Assembly: GCA_963783375.1 (NCBI GenBank)
Contig: CAWANH010000028.1
Coordinates: forward strand, 1,792,001 to 1,856,000
Source of the DNA: Candidatus Eiseniibacteriota bacterium
GTDB lineage: Bacteria > Eisenbacteria > RBG-16-71-46 > JABDJR01
Direction: 5' to 3'
DNA length: 64,000 nt
Below, piece after piece: positions 36,095-44,507 of the stretch. Both the position numbers and the translations under genes were made by a program. The stretch's first letter is position 1, and each line of letters opens with the position of its first letter. The notes under the pieces were generated by a model, which was given only the letters and a program-made list of their open reading frames with translations, did not search any database and had not been told where the DNA came from.

Positions 36095-37636
36095 ATGACC
36101 AAACCGCGCCCGGACGGTCCGGCGAAGCCGTTGATCGGGGTGACCGGGGCCACCGGCTACGTCGGGGGCCGCCTGATCCCCCGGCTCCTGGACGAGGGCT
36201 ACCGGGTGCGCTGCCTGGCCCGAAGCCCCGAGAAGCTCGCCGGCCGCCCCTGGCGGGACCGGGTGGAGGTGGCGCGCGGGGATCTCCTCGACCCCGGTTC
36301 CCTGGCCCCCTTTCTGGACGGGCTCCACGCGATCTACTACCTGGTCCACGCCATGGCCGAGGGGGAGCGCGGGTTCGAGGAGCGTGACCGGCGCGCGGCG
36401 CGGGGACTGGCCGAGGCCGCCGGACGCGCCGGGGTCCGGCGCATCATCTATCTCGGCGGGCTGGGGGAGACCGGAGCGCACCTCTCCCGGCACCTGGCCA
36501 GCCGGCTCGAGACCGGGCGCGCCCTTCGCGAGGGCCCGGTGCCGGTGACCGAGCTTCGCGCCGCGGTGATCGTCGGCTCGGGGAGCATGTCCTTCGAGAT
36601 GATCAAGGCCCTGGTGGAGCGGCTCCCCTTCATGATCACCCCGAAGTGGGTGAACACCCGGAGCCAGCCCATCGCGATCGGCGACGTCCTCCGGTATCTC
36701 ACGGGGTGCCTCGAGGAGGAGCGGACCGCCGGCGGATCCTTCGACATCGGAGGCGCCGACATCGTCACCTACCGCGACATGATGACCGGCTACGCCCGGG
36801 CCCGCGGGCTCCGGCGGATCATGGTGCCGGTCCCGGTCCTGAGCCCAAGGCTCTCGTCCTACTGGGTGGATCTCATCACGCCGATCCCCGCCTCCTACGC
36901 CCGGCCGCTCATCCAGGGGCTCCGGAACGAGGTGGTGGTGCGCGACGACCGCATCCGCTCCCTGGTGCCGTTTCAGCCCATGGGCTACGACGAGGCGGTC
37001 CGGCGGGCGGTGGCGCTCACCGACCAGGGCCAGGTGGAGACGCGCTGGACCGAGGCGTCGCTTCCCTACACCCATCTCGGCCGGATGGGGGGGGCCGGTC
37101 CGGGCGCCTCCGGCGGGGGCCCGGCGGCTTCGGGGGCGGGGCTCGGCCCGGCGGGGCCCGGCGAGATCGAGGACGTTCGGAGCGCGCCCTCCGCCGCCCC
37201 CCCCGAGGCCGCGTGGCGCGCGGTGTCGGGGCTCGGCGGCCGCCGCGGGTGGTACGCCTACGACACCCTCTGGAACCTTCGGGGCATCATGGACCGGATG
37301 ATGGGTGGGGTGGGAATGCGTCGCGGCCGGCGCGACCCCGACCGGCTCCGCCCTGGGGACGCCCTCGACTTTTGGCGGGTCGAGACGGTGGAGCCGGGTC
37401 GCCTGCTGGTGCTTCGGGCCGAGATGAAGGTGCCGGGGGAGGCGTGGCTCGAGTTCCGGATCGAGCCGGAGGGGGACGGGTCCACGTGCCGGATCTTCCA
37501 GCGCGCGCGGTTCCGCCCGGTTCGGTTCTGGGGGCGGGCGTACTGGACGGCGCTGTTGCCCGTGCACGCGGTGGTGTTCCGGGGGATGCTCCGGGCGGTC
37601 TGCGAGCGCGCGGAGCGGATCGCGGGGGGGAAGTAG
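36095..37636 (+). CDS. SDR/NAD(P)-binding protein with DUF2867-like C-domain (YbjT-like)
   Basis: VTGATGYVGG, YYLVH, HL.SR.E.G, GSGS.SFE, GG.RGWY, DFWRVE, AEMKVPGEAWLEF. Confidence 0.88.
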   Translation: MTKPRPDGPAKPLIGVTGATGYVGGRLIPRLLDEGYRVRCLARSPEKLAGRPWRDRVEVARGDLLDPGSLAPFLDGLHAIYYLVHAMAEGERGFEERDRRAARGLAEAAGRAGVRRIIYLGGLGETGAHLSRHLASRLETGRALREGPVPVTELRAAVIVGSGSMSFEMIKALVERLPFMITPKWVNTRSQPIAIGDVLRYLTGCLEEERTAGGSFDIGGADIVTYRDMMTGYARARGLRRIMVPVPVLSPRLSSYWVDLITPIPASYARPLIQGLRNEVVVRDDRIRSLVPFQPMGYDEAVRRAVALTDQGQVETRWTEASLPYTHLGRMGGAGPGASGGGPAASGAGLGPAGPGEIEDVRSAPSAAPPEAAWRAVSGLGGRRGWYAYDTLWNLRGIMDRMMGGVGMRRGRRDPDRLRPGDALDFWRVETVEPGRLLVLRAEMKVPGEAWLEFRIEPEGDGSTCRIFQRARFRPVRFWGRAYWTALLPVHAVVFRGMLRAVCERAERIAGGK

Positions 37637-37647
37637 TCGACGGTCGC

Positions 37648-39285
37648 CTACGCCAGCCCCTCGGTCTCGAGCTTGGCCCTGGCCATCTTCCCCGGCTTGG
37701 TGCGGGCGCCCTTCTTGACCAGCGCCTCCAGGAGCTTCGCCCCCAGGACCTTGAGCGCCCCGGGCCGCTCGACCAGGTTGAACCCGATGAGGTACTGCCC
37801 CTCCGGCCCCAGCGCGCGCGCCTCCTTCTTGAGCCGGGCGGCGAGGCTGAACTTGGGGTCTTCGGTCAGGCCGGCCAGCGTCTTCACCGCCTGGCGGACC
37901 TTGGGAGACTGGGGCTCGGCCGATTTCCCCGCCCCGAGGAGCATCATCAACCCGAGCTGGAACCGCGCCTCGGCATCGAACGCGGTCTCGCGCGAGATGA
38001 GCCGGAGGTCCCGTTCGCCGTCGGCGTAGCGCCGGGCGGTCCGGGCCTTCATGGCCCGGGCATAGAACGCCTTGTAGTAGGCGGCGGCGTCGGCGTTCCG
38101 GAACAGGTGGAGCAACGGCTCCATCCTGCGGTCCCCCTTGTCGAGATGCTTCATGGCCGCGTCCGCCACCTTCTTCCGTTCCGCCGGGGTGAGCGCGGCG
38201 GCGTGGGGCTTCACCAGGTGGACCAGCTCCCACGCCCGGTCGGGATCCTTCTCGGCCAGGAGCTTCGGGAGCAGCAACCCCGGTGCCTGCTCGGAGTTCT
38301 TGAGCGCGAACACCGCCGAGCGACGGAGCTGCTCGTCGCCCCCCTCCAGGAGCCCCACCAGGATCTCCGCGCCGCGCTTGCCCTTGGATTCGGCGATCTT
38401 CCGCACCGCGAATTGCCGCACCTGGGGGAAACGCCCGCCGATCAGCCGCTCCAGGTCCTTCCCGTGACCCGCGGGGAGCGTGGTCCGCTCCAGGATCAAG
38501 AGCGTGGGGTCCACCACGTCGTCGAAGTTGGGGTCGTCCAGGTAGGGGAAGATCACCTCCACCACCTTGGCCGGAGCGCTCCGCCCCTGGAGCGTGTGGC
38601 GGATGGCGTGAAGGGCGTGGCGGCGGGTGGCCCGGGGAAGCTCGGGGGCGGTGTGCTTGAGTAGTTCGGGGATCGCCTCGCCCTGGGCGAGGTGGCCGAG
38701 GTAGATGATCGCCGAGTTCACCGCCGAGCGTGAATCGGAGGCCGCCTTGCTCTTCAGAAACGTCAAGACCGTCCTGGCGGCCGCCTTCCGCTCGGCCGGG
38801 CTCAGGTTCCCCACGTCGGCCCGGAGCGCCCGCCCCACCGTCTTCACCAGCTCGAAGTTCGGTTCGAAGAACGCATCGAGAACGATCCGGAGCGACTCGG
38901 CGGTGTGCATCCGGGCCAGGATCTCGTAGAGGACGCGCTTCTGCTGGAAGTCGGCTCCGGCCAGGGCCTTCTTGACCGCGGGGAGCGCCGCCTTCCCGCA
39001 CCCCGCGATGGCCAGCGCCCCGGTGTCGCGGAGCTCGCCCTGGGCCTGGAGGAGCGGGAGGAGTTCCTTCAGGGCCGCCGCGTTTCCCACCGCGCCGAGC
39101 GCGCGGGCCGAGGCCAGGGCGAGCGGGAGGTTGTCGCCGCTCCCCAGCTTCTTCCCGAGGGCCTTGACCACCGCGGGTTCCCTGGGAGCCAGGGCCCCCA
39201 GGACCACCGCGGCGGCGATGGACTCCTCCACGGTGCCCTTCTCCAGGAGCGAGACGATCTTCTTGAGGTGCGCGGTCATGGCCAT
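37648..39285 (-). CDS. HEAT/ARM-repeat protein
   Basis: Repeated helical units (AAAVVLGAL, RALGAVG, VRQFAVRKI, LRRSAVFAL); Lys/Ala/Leu-rich. Confidence 0.7.
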   Translation of the reverse strand: MAMTAHLKKIVSLLEKGTVEESIAAAVVLGALAPREPAVVKALGKKLGSGDNLPLALASARALGAVGNAAALKELLPLLQAQGELRDTGALAIAGCGKAALPAVKKALAGADFQQKRVLYEILARMHTAESLRIVLDAFFEPNFELVKTVGRALRADVGNLSPAERKAAARTVLTFLKSKAASDSRSAVNSAIIYLGHLAQGEAIPELLKHTAPELPRATRRHALHAIRHTLQGRSAPAKVVEVIFPYLDDPNFDDVVDPTLLILERTTLPAGHGKDLERLIGGRFPQVRQFAVRKIAESKGKRGAEILVGLLEGGDEQLRRSAVFALKNSEQAPGLLLPKLLAEKDPDRAWELVHLVKPHAAALTPAERKKVADAAMKHLDKGDRRMEPLLHLFRNADAAAYYKAFYARAMKARTARRYADGERDLRLISRETAFDAEARFQLGLMMLLGAGKSAEPQSPKVRQAVKTLAGLTEDPKFSLAARLKKEARALGPEGQYLIGFNLVERPGALKVLGAKLLEALVKKGARTKPGKMARAKLETEGLA

Positions 39286-39397
39286 GGGCGGGAGCATAGG
39301 ACGGGGGCGCGGCCCTGCCAAGCGCCGGCGACAGGGGGGATCGACCGGCGCGAGACGCCGGAGCGCGAGCCCGGGGATCGACCGGACGCGGCTCGAT

Positions 39398-40369
39398 TCA
39401 GATCCCCGCGAACACCCCCGCCGCGGCCAGGGCCACGGTGAAGGCGCCCCAGAGGATCTCCCGCACCCCGACCTGGCGGGCGGTGGCCGGGCGCCGGATC
39501 GCCGAGAGCCCGTAGAACGCCCGCGCGGTGAGAACCGCCACCGCGGCGAAGCCCAGCCAGGGAACGAGGCCGAAGGCGGCCAGAGCGAGCGTCCCCAGGA
39601 GCCCCACCGCCTGGGCGCCCTCGACCGGACCGGGGGCCGCGGCCTGGCCGCGTTCCAGCCGGAGCCGGGCGCGGACGTAGAGCACCGACGGGGCCGCCCG
39701 GGCCACCATCAATCCCCAGAGCCCCAGGGCGGGAAACAGGGCCCAGCCCCCGCCGAGGGCCAGGGCGGCCACCGTCGAGGTGAGGGCGATGGGGGCGGCA
39801 AGCTCGGCCACCCAGGCCCGGCCCCGGTTCCGGAGATCGAAGGCGAGCATCAGCACCGCCGGCGGGGCGGCCAGGGCCATGGGGATGAGGAGCCGCCCCC
39901 CGCCGAGCGCCAGCGCTCCCGCCGCCGCGGCTGCTCCCACGAGCCCGAGGAGCGCCATCGCCCGCTCTGCCGCCGCGGTTCGGGGATAGCGCTTCCCGCG
40001 CCGGCGGTCGGAGAGCCAGAGCTTCAACGGTTGGCGGACCAGGAACCCGGCCGCGGTGGCCAGCGCCACCAGCGCGCCGGCCCGGGAGAACGCCACCAGG
40101 AGCCCCAACGCGATCGGCTCGGCCAAAAAACCCCACGCCCCGTGCTCGGTGGGGAGCAGGAGCTTCCGGATGGAAACCGGAGCCGGGTGGCGCGGGGAGC
40201 GGGGCGGCGCCCCGGCCCCGGGGTGGGGCGCCTCGGATGGGCGGCGCGACAGGCCGGGGGAGGCCGGAGCGGTGCGCCTTCCCCCGCCGGTCGCCGAGGG
40301 CGCCCCCGCACCGGTCTCCCGACCCGCCCCGTCCACCGACATGAACGCCGACCGCCCGCGCGGAATCAC
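39398..40369 (-). CDS. YwiC-like membrane protein
   Basis: LLPTEHGAWGFL, YVRARL, QVGVRE; GTGA overlap with the ric stop (alternative start 40342). Confidence 0.75.
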   Translation of the reverse strand: MIPRGRSAFMSVDGAGRETGAGAPSATGGGRRTAPASPGLSRRPSEAPHPGAGAPPRSPRHPAPVSIRKLLLPTEHGAWGFLAEPIALGLLVAFSRAGALVALATAAGFLVRQPLKLWLSDRRRGKRYPRTAAAERAMALLGLVGAAAAAGALALGGGRLLIPMALAAPPAVLMLAFDLRNRGRAWVAELAAPIALTSTVAALALGGGWALFPALGLWGLMVARAAPSVLYVRARLRLERGQAAAPGPVEGAQAVGLLGTLALAAFGLVPWLGFAAVAVLTARAFYGLSAIRRPATARQVGVREILWGAFTVALAAAGVFAGI

Positions 40370-41070
40370 GCCATCGATTCCTCGGCGGCGACCGCCTGGG
40401 GGAAGAGCACGTTGTTCTCGAGGTGCACGTGGCGATGGAGGTCCGCCTCCAGCTCCTCGAGCGCGTGGAGCATCACCCGGAAGGTGTTGCAGGCGTCCTC
40501 GGGAGGGGTGTACCCGCCGGTCAGGGCGCGGAAGCGCTCCAGGTCGGCGGCCGCGTCGTCGTGCTCCAGCATCATGACCCGGATGGGGTTCGCGATGCTC
40601 CCGCAGTGGGCTGCCCCGTCGCCCCCGACCGCCATCTGGCGGAGCATGGGGAAGAGCACCGCCTCCTCCTTGGCCATGTGCTGGTTCAGGACCATGTGGA
40701 AGTTGTCGTAGACGCTCTTCAGCTCCAGGACCTCGGGGTGGCGGGTCCCGTGGGCGTTGGCGACCTTCTCGGTCAGCCCGGCCAGCCGGGGGAGTGCGGT
40801 CCGGAGATACGCGTGGTGGGTCTCCATGATGTGATCCACCAGCTCGGAAAGCCCCATGTCGGCGAAGCGCGGCTCCGCCTCGTCGCGGTGCGCGCCGTCC
40901 GAGGCCTCGAGATCCGCGATCACCGCGGCTTCATCCAGGCCGCGCTCGCGGCAGGCTTCGGCGAGGGGCTTCCGCCCCCCGCAACAGTAGTCGATCCCGT
41001 GCTTCTCGAAGACCTCGGCCCGGCTGGGGCGCTCGGTCACCAGGTTACCGACGGTGAGAGTGGAGTCCAT
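40366..41070 (-). CDS. ric: Iron-sulfur cluster repair di-iron protein
   Basis: GIDYCCGG, HHAYLR, HMAKEEAVLFP, EHD, HVHLENNVLFP. Confidence 0.95.
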   Translation of the reverse strand: MDSTLTVGNLVTERPSRAEVFEKHGIDYCCGGRKPLAEACRERGLDEAAVIADLEASDGAHRDEAEPRFADMGLSELVDHIMETHHAYLRTALPRLAGLTEKVANAHGTRHPEVLELKSVYDNFHMVLNQHMAKEEAVLFPMLRQMAVGGDGAAHCGSIANPIRVMMLEHDDAAADLERFRALTGGYTPPEDACNTFRVMLHALEELEADLHRHVHLENNVLFPQAVAAEESMA

Positions 41071-41176
41071 GTCGTATCTCCTTGTGGTTCGAAGGCCGGC
41101 GGCCGGTCTCTTCCGGTCGCCATCAGGATAACCGGCGCCCGCCGCGGGCGGAGGATGCGGCGGACGCCCCGATCGA

Positions 41177-43480
41177 TCAGCGCCGGTACGCTCTCCGGGC
41201 CGCGCCGGTCGAGGCCGGAGCCGACGCCCGCGCCGGGAGCCCCGCCCACCGCGTCCGTAGCCCGAGCACGAAGGCCACCACGCAGACGATCCCCACCGTG
41301 AACACGATGTCCCCGATCGCCCGCATCCAGCGCAGGTTCTGCATGAGCGGGGTGCCCAGGAACTCCGCCGACCGCGCGTACCAGAGCCCCTGGTGCATGC
41401 TGGCCCAGGTCTGCATGAGCCCCACCGGAAGGAGGCTCAGGGTCACCATCAGCACGAGCCCGGCGTTGAGGCTCCAGAACCCGACGGCGAGGAGCTTCGA
41501 GTTCCACACCCGGTCCAGGGAGAACCCGCGGAGGCAGAAGAGCGTGAGGCCGATTCCCAGCATTCCGTACACCCCGAAGAGCGCGGTGTGGCCGTGGACC
41601 GCGGTGGTGTTCAGCCCCTGCATGTAGTAGAGGGCCACCGGCGGGTTGATGAGGAAGCCGAAGAGCCCCGCCCCCACCAGGTTCCAGAACGCCACCGCCA
41701 CGAAGAAGTACACCGGCCACTTGTAGGCCTCCATCCAGGGCCGGGTCCGGGTGAGCTTCAGGTTGTCGTAGGCCTCGAAGCCCACCAGCACCAGGGGCAC
41801 GATCTCCAGCGCCGAGAACGTCGCCCCCAGGGCCAGGACCGCGGTGGGGGTGCCGGTGAAGTAGAGGTGGTGGAAGGTGCCGAGGATCCCTCCGAAGAGG
41901 AAGATGATGGTGGAGAAGAGGACCGAGGCGGTGGCGGTGGTGAGCCGCACCAGCCCCAACCGGGTGAAGAGGAAGGCGATGGCCGCGGTGGCGAAGACCT
42001 CGAAGAAGCCCTCCACCCAGAGGTGCACCACCCACCAGCGCCAGTACTCGGCCATGGCCAGGTTGGTGTGGCGGCCCCACATGAGCCCGGCCCCGTAGAA
42101 CGAGGCGATGGCCACCGCGGAGACCGTGAACATGCCGAGAAGGCTCTTGCTCTCGCCGGGTTTCCGGAACGCGGGCCAGAGGCCCCGCACCATGAGGGCC
42201 AGCCACACGAAGAGCCCCACGAAGAGGAACGCCTGCCAGAACCGGCCGAGGTCCACGTACTCGTAGCCCTGGTGGCCGAACCAGAAGCTCATGGCGTTCC
42301 CCATCTTCTGCTGAACGGAGAGCCACTCCCCGGCCATGGAGCCGGCCACGATCACCAGGAGCGCGGTGAAGAGGAAGTTCACCCCGAAGCGCTGGAACCT
42401 CGGTTCGCGACCGGAGACCGCCGGGGCGATGAAGAGCCCGGTGGCGAGCCAGGCGGTGGCGATCCAGAAGATGCCGAGCTGGGTGTGCCAGGTCCGGGTC
42501 ACCGCGTAGGGAAGGTACCTGGCCAGGGGAAACCCGTAGAACCCTTCCCCCTCCACCCCGTAGTGGGCGGTCACGATGCCCATGGCGATCTGGGCCAGCA
42601 TGAGGAGGCCCACCACCCAGAAGTACTTGAGGGTGGCCCGCATGGACGGGGTGAGGTTGAGGTTCATCAGCGGGTTGGTCTCGGGAACCACCGCCGGCGG
42701 CTCCTCGCGGCGGCGCTGGACGGCGAAGAACCAGACCAGCCCCCCGATCCCGGCCAGCAGCACCACGAAGCTCACCACCGACCAGAGGATGATGCTCTGG
42801 GTAGGGAGGTTGTCGATCAGGGGCTCGGCCGGCCAGTTGTTGGTGTAGGTGATGGCGGACCCCGGGCGGTCGGTGCTCGCGGCCCACGAGGCCCAGAAGA
42901 AGAACGCCCCGAGTTCGCGGCGCCGCTCCGGGGTCTTCAGCACTCCGGTGGGAAGGGCGTAGGCCTTCCGGAGCCGGACCATCTCCGGGGTGGCGGTCTC
43001 GCCGAAGAGGTCGGCGTAGTGGGCGGCGACCGCCTGGACGGCCTCGGCCCGGAGCGGCGAGACGGTCAGGGTTCCGGTGGCCGGGTCGTAGGTGTTGGTG
43101 CGGATGTCCTGCTTCAGCCGGGCCTTGAGCGCGGCCTGGGCTTCGGGGTCGAGCTCGGCGTAGGGAACCCCGTGGTCGGTGCGCGCCCAGGCGTCGAGCA
43201 TCCAGACCGCCTCGCGGTGCAGTCCGTCCGCGGACCAGTCGGGGGCCACGTAGGCTCCGTGGCCCCAGATGCTCCCGATCTCCTGGCCCCCCATGGACTG
43301 CCAGACGTTCTGGCCGTTCCGGATGTCCTGGCCGGTCATGAAGACCCGGCCGTCGGGGGTGGCCACCCGCTCGGGAATGGGAGGGGCCTGGCGGTAGATC
43401 TCGGTCCCGAAGTAACCCAGCACCCCGAAGGAGACCAGGGTGACCAGGATGAATCCGATCCAGAGCTTCTTGACGTTCAT
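41177..43480 (-). CDS. norB: Quinol-dependent nitric oxide reductase (qNor)
   Basis: GSIWGHGAYVAPDWSAD, WWVVHLWVEGFFE, GTFHHLY, HGHTALFG. Confidence 0.95.
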   Translation of the reverse strand: MNVKKLWIGFILVTLVSFGVLGYFGTEIYRQAPPIPERVATPDGRVFMTGQDIRNGQNVWQSMGGQEIGSIWGHGAYVAPDWSADGLHREAVWMLDAWARTDHGVPYAELDPEAQAALKARLKQDIRTNTYDPATGTLTVSPLRAEAVQAVAAHYADLFGETATPEMVRLRKAYALPTGVLKTPERRRELGAFFFWASWAASTDRPGSAITYTNNWPAEPLIDNLPTQSIILWSVVSFVVLLAGIGGLVWFFAVQRRREEPPAVVPETNPLMNLNLTPSMRATLKYFWVVGLLMLAQIAMGIVTAHYGVEGEGFYGFPLARYLPYAVTRTWHTQLGIFWIATAWLATGLFIAPAVSGREPRFQRFGVNFLFTALLVIVAGSMAGEWLSVQQKMGNAMSFWFGHQGYEYVDLGRFWQAFLFVGLFVWLALMVRGLWPAFRKPGESKSLLGMFTVSAVAIASFYGAGLMWGRHTNLAMAEYWRWWVVHLWVEGFFEVFATAAIAFLFTRLGLVRLTTATASVLFSTIIFLFGGILGTFHHLYFTGTPTAVLALGATFSALEIVPLVLVGFEAYDNLKLTRTRPWMEAYKWPVYFFVAVAFWNLVGAGLFGFLINPPVALYYMQGLNTTAVHGHTALFGVYGMLGIGLTLFCLRGFSLDRVWNSKLLAVGFWSLNAGLVLMVTLSLLPVGLMQTWASMHQGLWYARSAEFLGTPLMQNLRWMRAIGDIVFTVGIVCVVAFVLGLRTRWAGLPARASAPASTGAARRAYRR

Positions 43481-43628
43481 GGCGTTCGCGTCTCTCCCCC
43501 CGGTCTCCGCGGCCCCCCCCAGGGGGCCCGTTCCGGGCTTCAGGATCCGGCCGGCGCGTATCGTCCCGGGTCTGGGGCGGGAGGCCGGATCGATGTCCTG
43601 AGAGGGAGTATCGCACAGATTGATAGAT

Positions 43629-43651
43629 ATAAGGACCTTTTTATCTTGAAT
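43629..43651. promoter_or_regulatory. Candidate Rrf2 operator in the divergent promoter region
   Basis: ATAAGGACCTTTTTATCTTGAAT, imperfect dyad in a strongly AT-rich patch. Confidence 0.45.
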
Positions 43652-43767
43652 AAGTAACGTCTAGAAAATAGAATGGTTACAGGGCAGGTAAGCTTAGGCA
43701 CCCCGGATACCGGATGTTAGCATGCGATTGTCCGGCTTGACGCCCCAAAACGGGCGGGAGGAAGTGG

Positions 43768-44205
43768 ATGATCTCGCAGACCGCTGAATACGCCCTTCGA
43801 GCCGTCGTGTTTCTGGCCGAGAATCCCGACGCCCGGTGGACCACCCAGTCCATCGCCGAGGTCACCCAGGTCCCCGCCGGATACCTGGCCAAGGTGCTCC
43901 AGAATCTGGCCCGGGCCCAGGTGGTGGATTCCCAGCGGGGGGTACACGGAGGGTTCTCCCTCCGGAAACCCTCCTCCCAGCTCACCGTGCTGGAGATCAT
44001 CCAGGCGGTGGACCCGATCCGCCGGATTCGCGAGTGCCCCCTGAAGTTGGAAGCTCACGCCCACGAGCTCTGCCCCCTCCACTCCCGGTTGGACCAGGCC
44101 ATGGCCATGATCGAGAAGAGCTTCGGCGAATCCGTGATCGCCGATCTCATGACCCGGCCGACCTTTGCCAAGCCGGCCCCCCAGCCCGAGGAGAAGCGGG
44201 CCTAG
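43768..44205 (+). CDS. Rrf2 family transcriptional regulator
   Basis: SQTAEYALRA, YLAKVLQNL, S.RG.HGGF.L, ECPL...LCPLH. Confidence 0.93.
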   Translation: MISQTAEYALRAVVFLAENPDARWTTQSIAEVTQVPAGYLAKVLQNLARAQVVDSQRGVHGGFSLRKPSSQLTVLEIIQAVDPIRRIRECPLKLEAHAHELCPLHSRLDQAMAMIEKSFGESVIADLMTRPTFAKPAPQPEEKRA

Positions 44206-44300
44206 CCCGGTCGCGGACCGGGCCGCCATCTCGTGAGCAAACCGGGCCTGGGCGAACCCCCGGGCCCGCCGCCGCCCCCGACTTCCCTCCGCGCCGGCTG

Positions 44301-44309
44301 TGTTATGCT
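44301..44309 (+). promoter_or_regulatory. Extended -10 promoter upstream of valS
   Basis: TGTTATGCT. Confidence 0.45.
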
Positions 44310-44507
44310 CGGGCCACCATGCAAATCCTACCGACCGGGCACGCCCATCCCGCCACGGGAATCGTTTGGTCTGCGGTACCCCGCGGGCTCTAGCCCGCCT
44401 GCCTGCCCTCTGCTATTCCTTTTTGTTTTCCAACCGGTAAACGAAACGCCCGCCCACCCCGACCGTAGGGACAGGGGGGGCCGCGGCGCAGGGAGATCCG
44501 AGACCTC

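Noticed and set aside
37085-37165. G/C-rich quasi-repeat within the SDR gene
   Set aside because: Encodes an ordinary Gly/Ala/Pro interdomain linker
44370-44390. T-box riboswitch upstream of valS (GCGGTACCCCGCG)
   Set aside because: Only a loose match to GGTGGNACCGCG; no recognisable stem I or specifier loop
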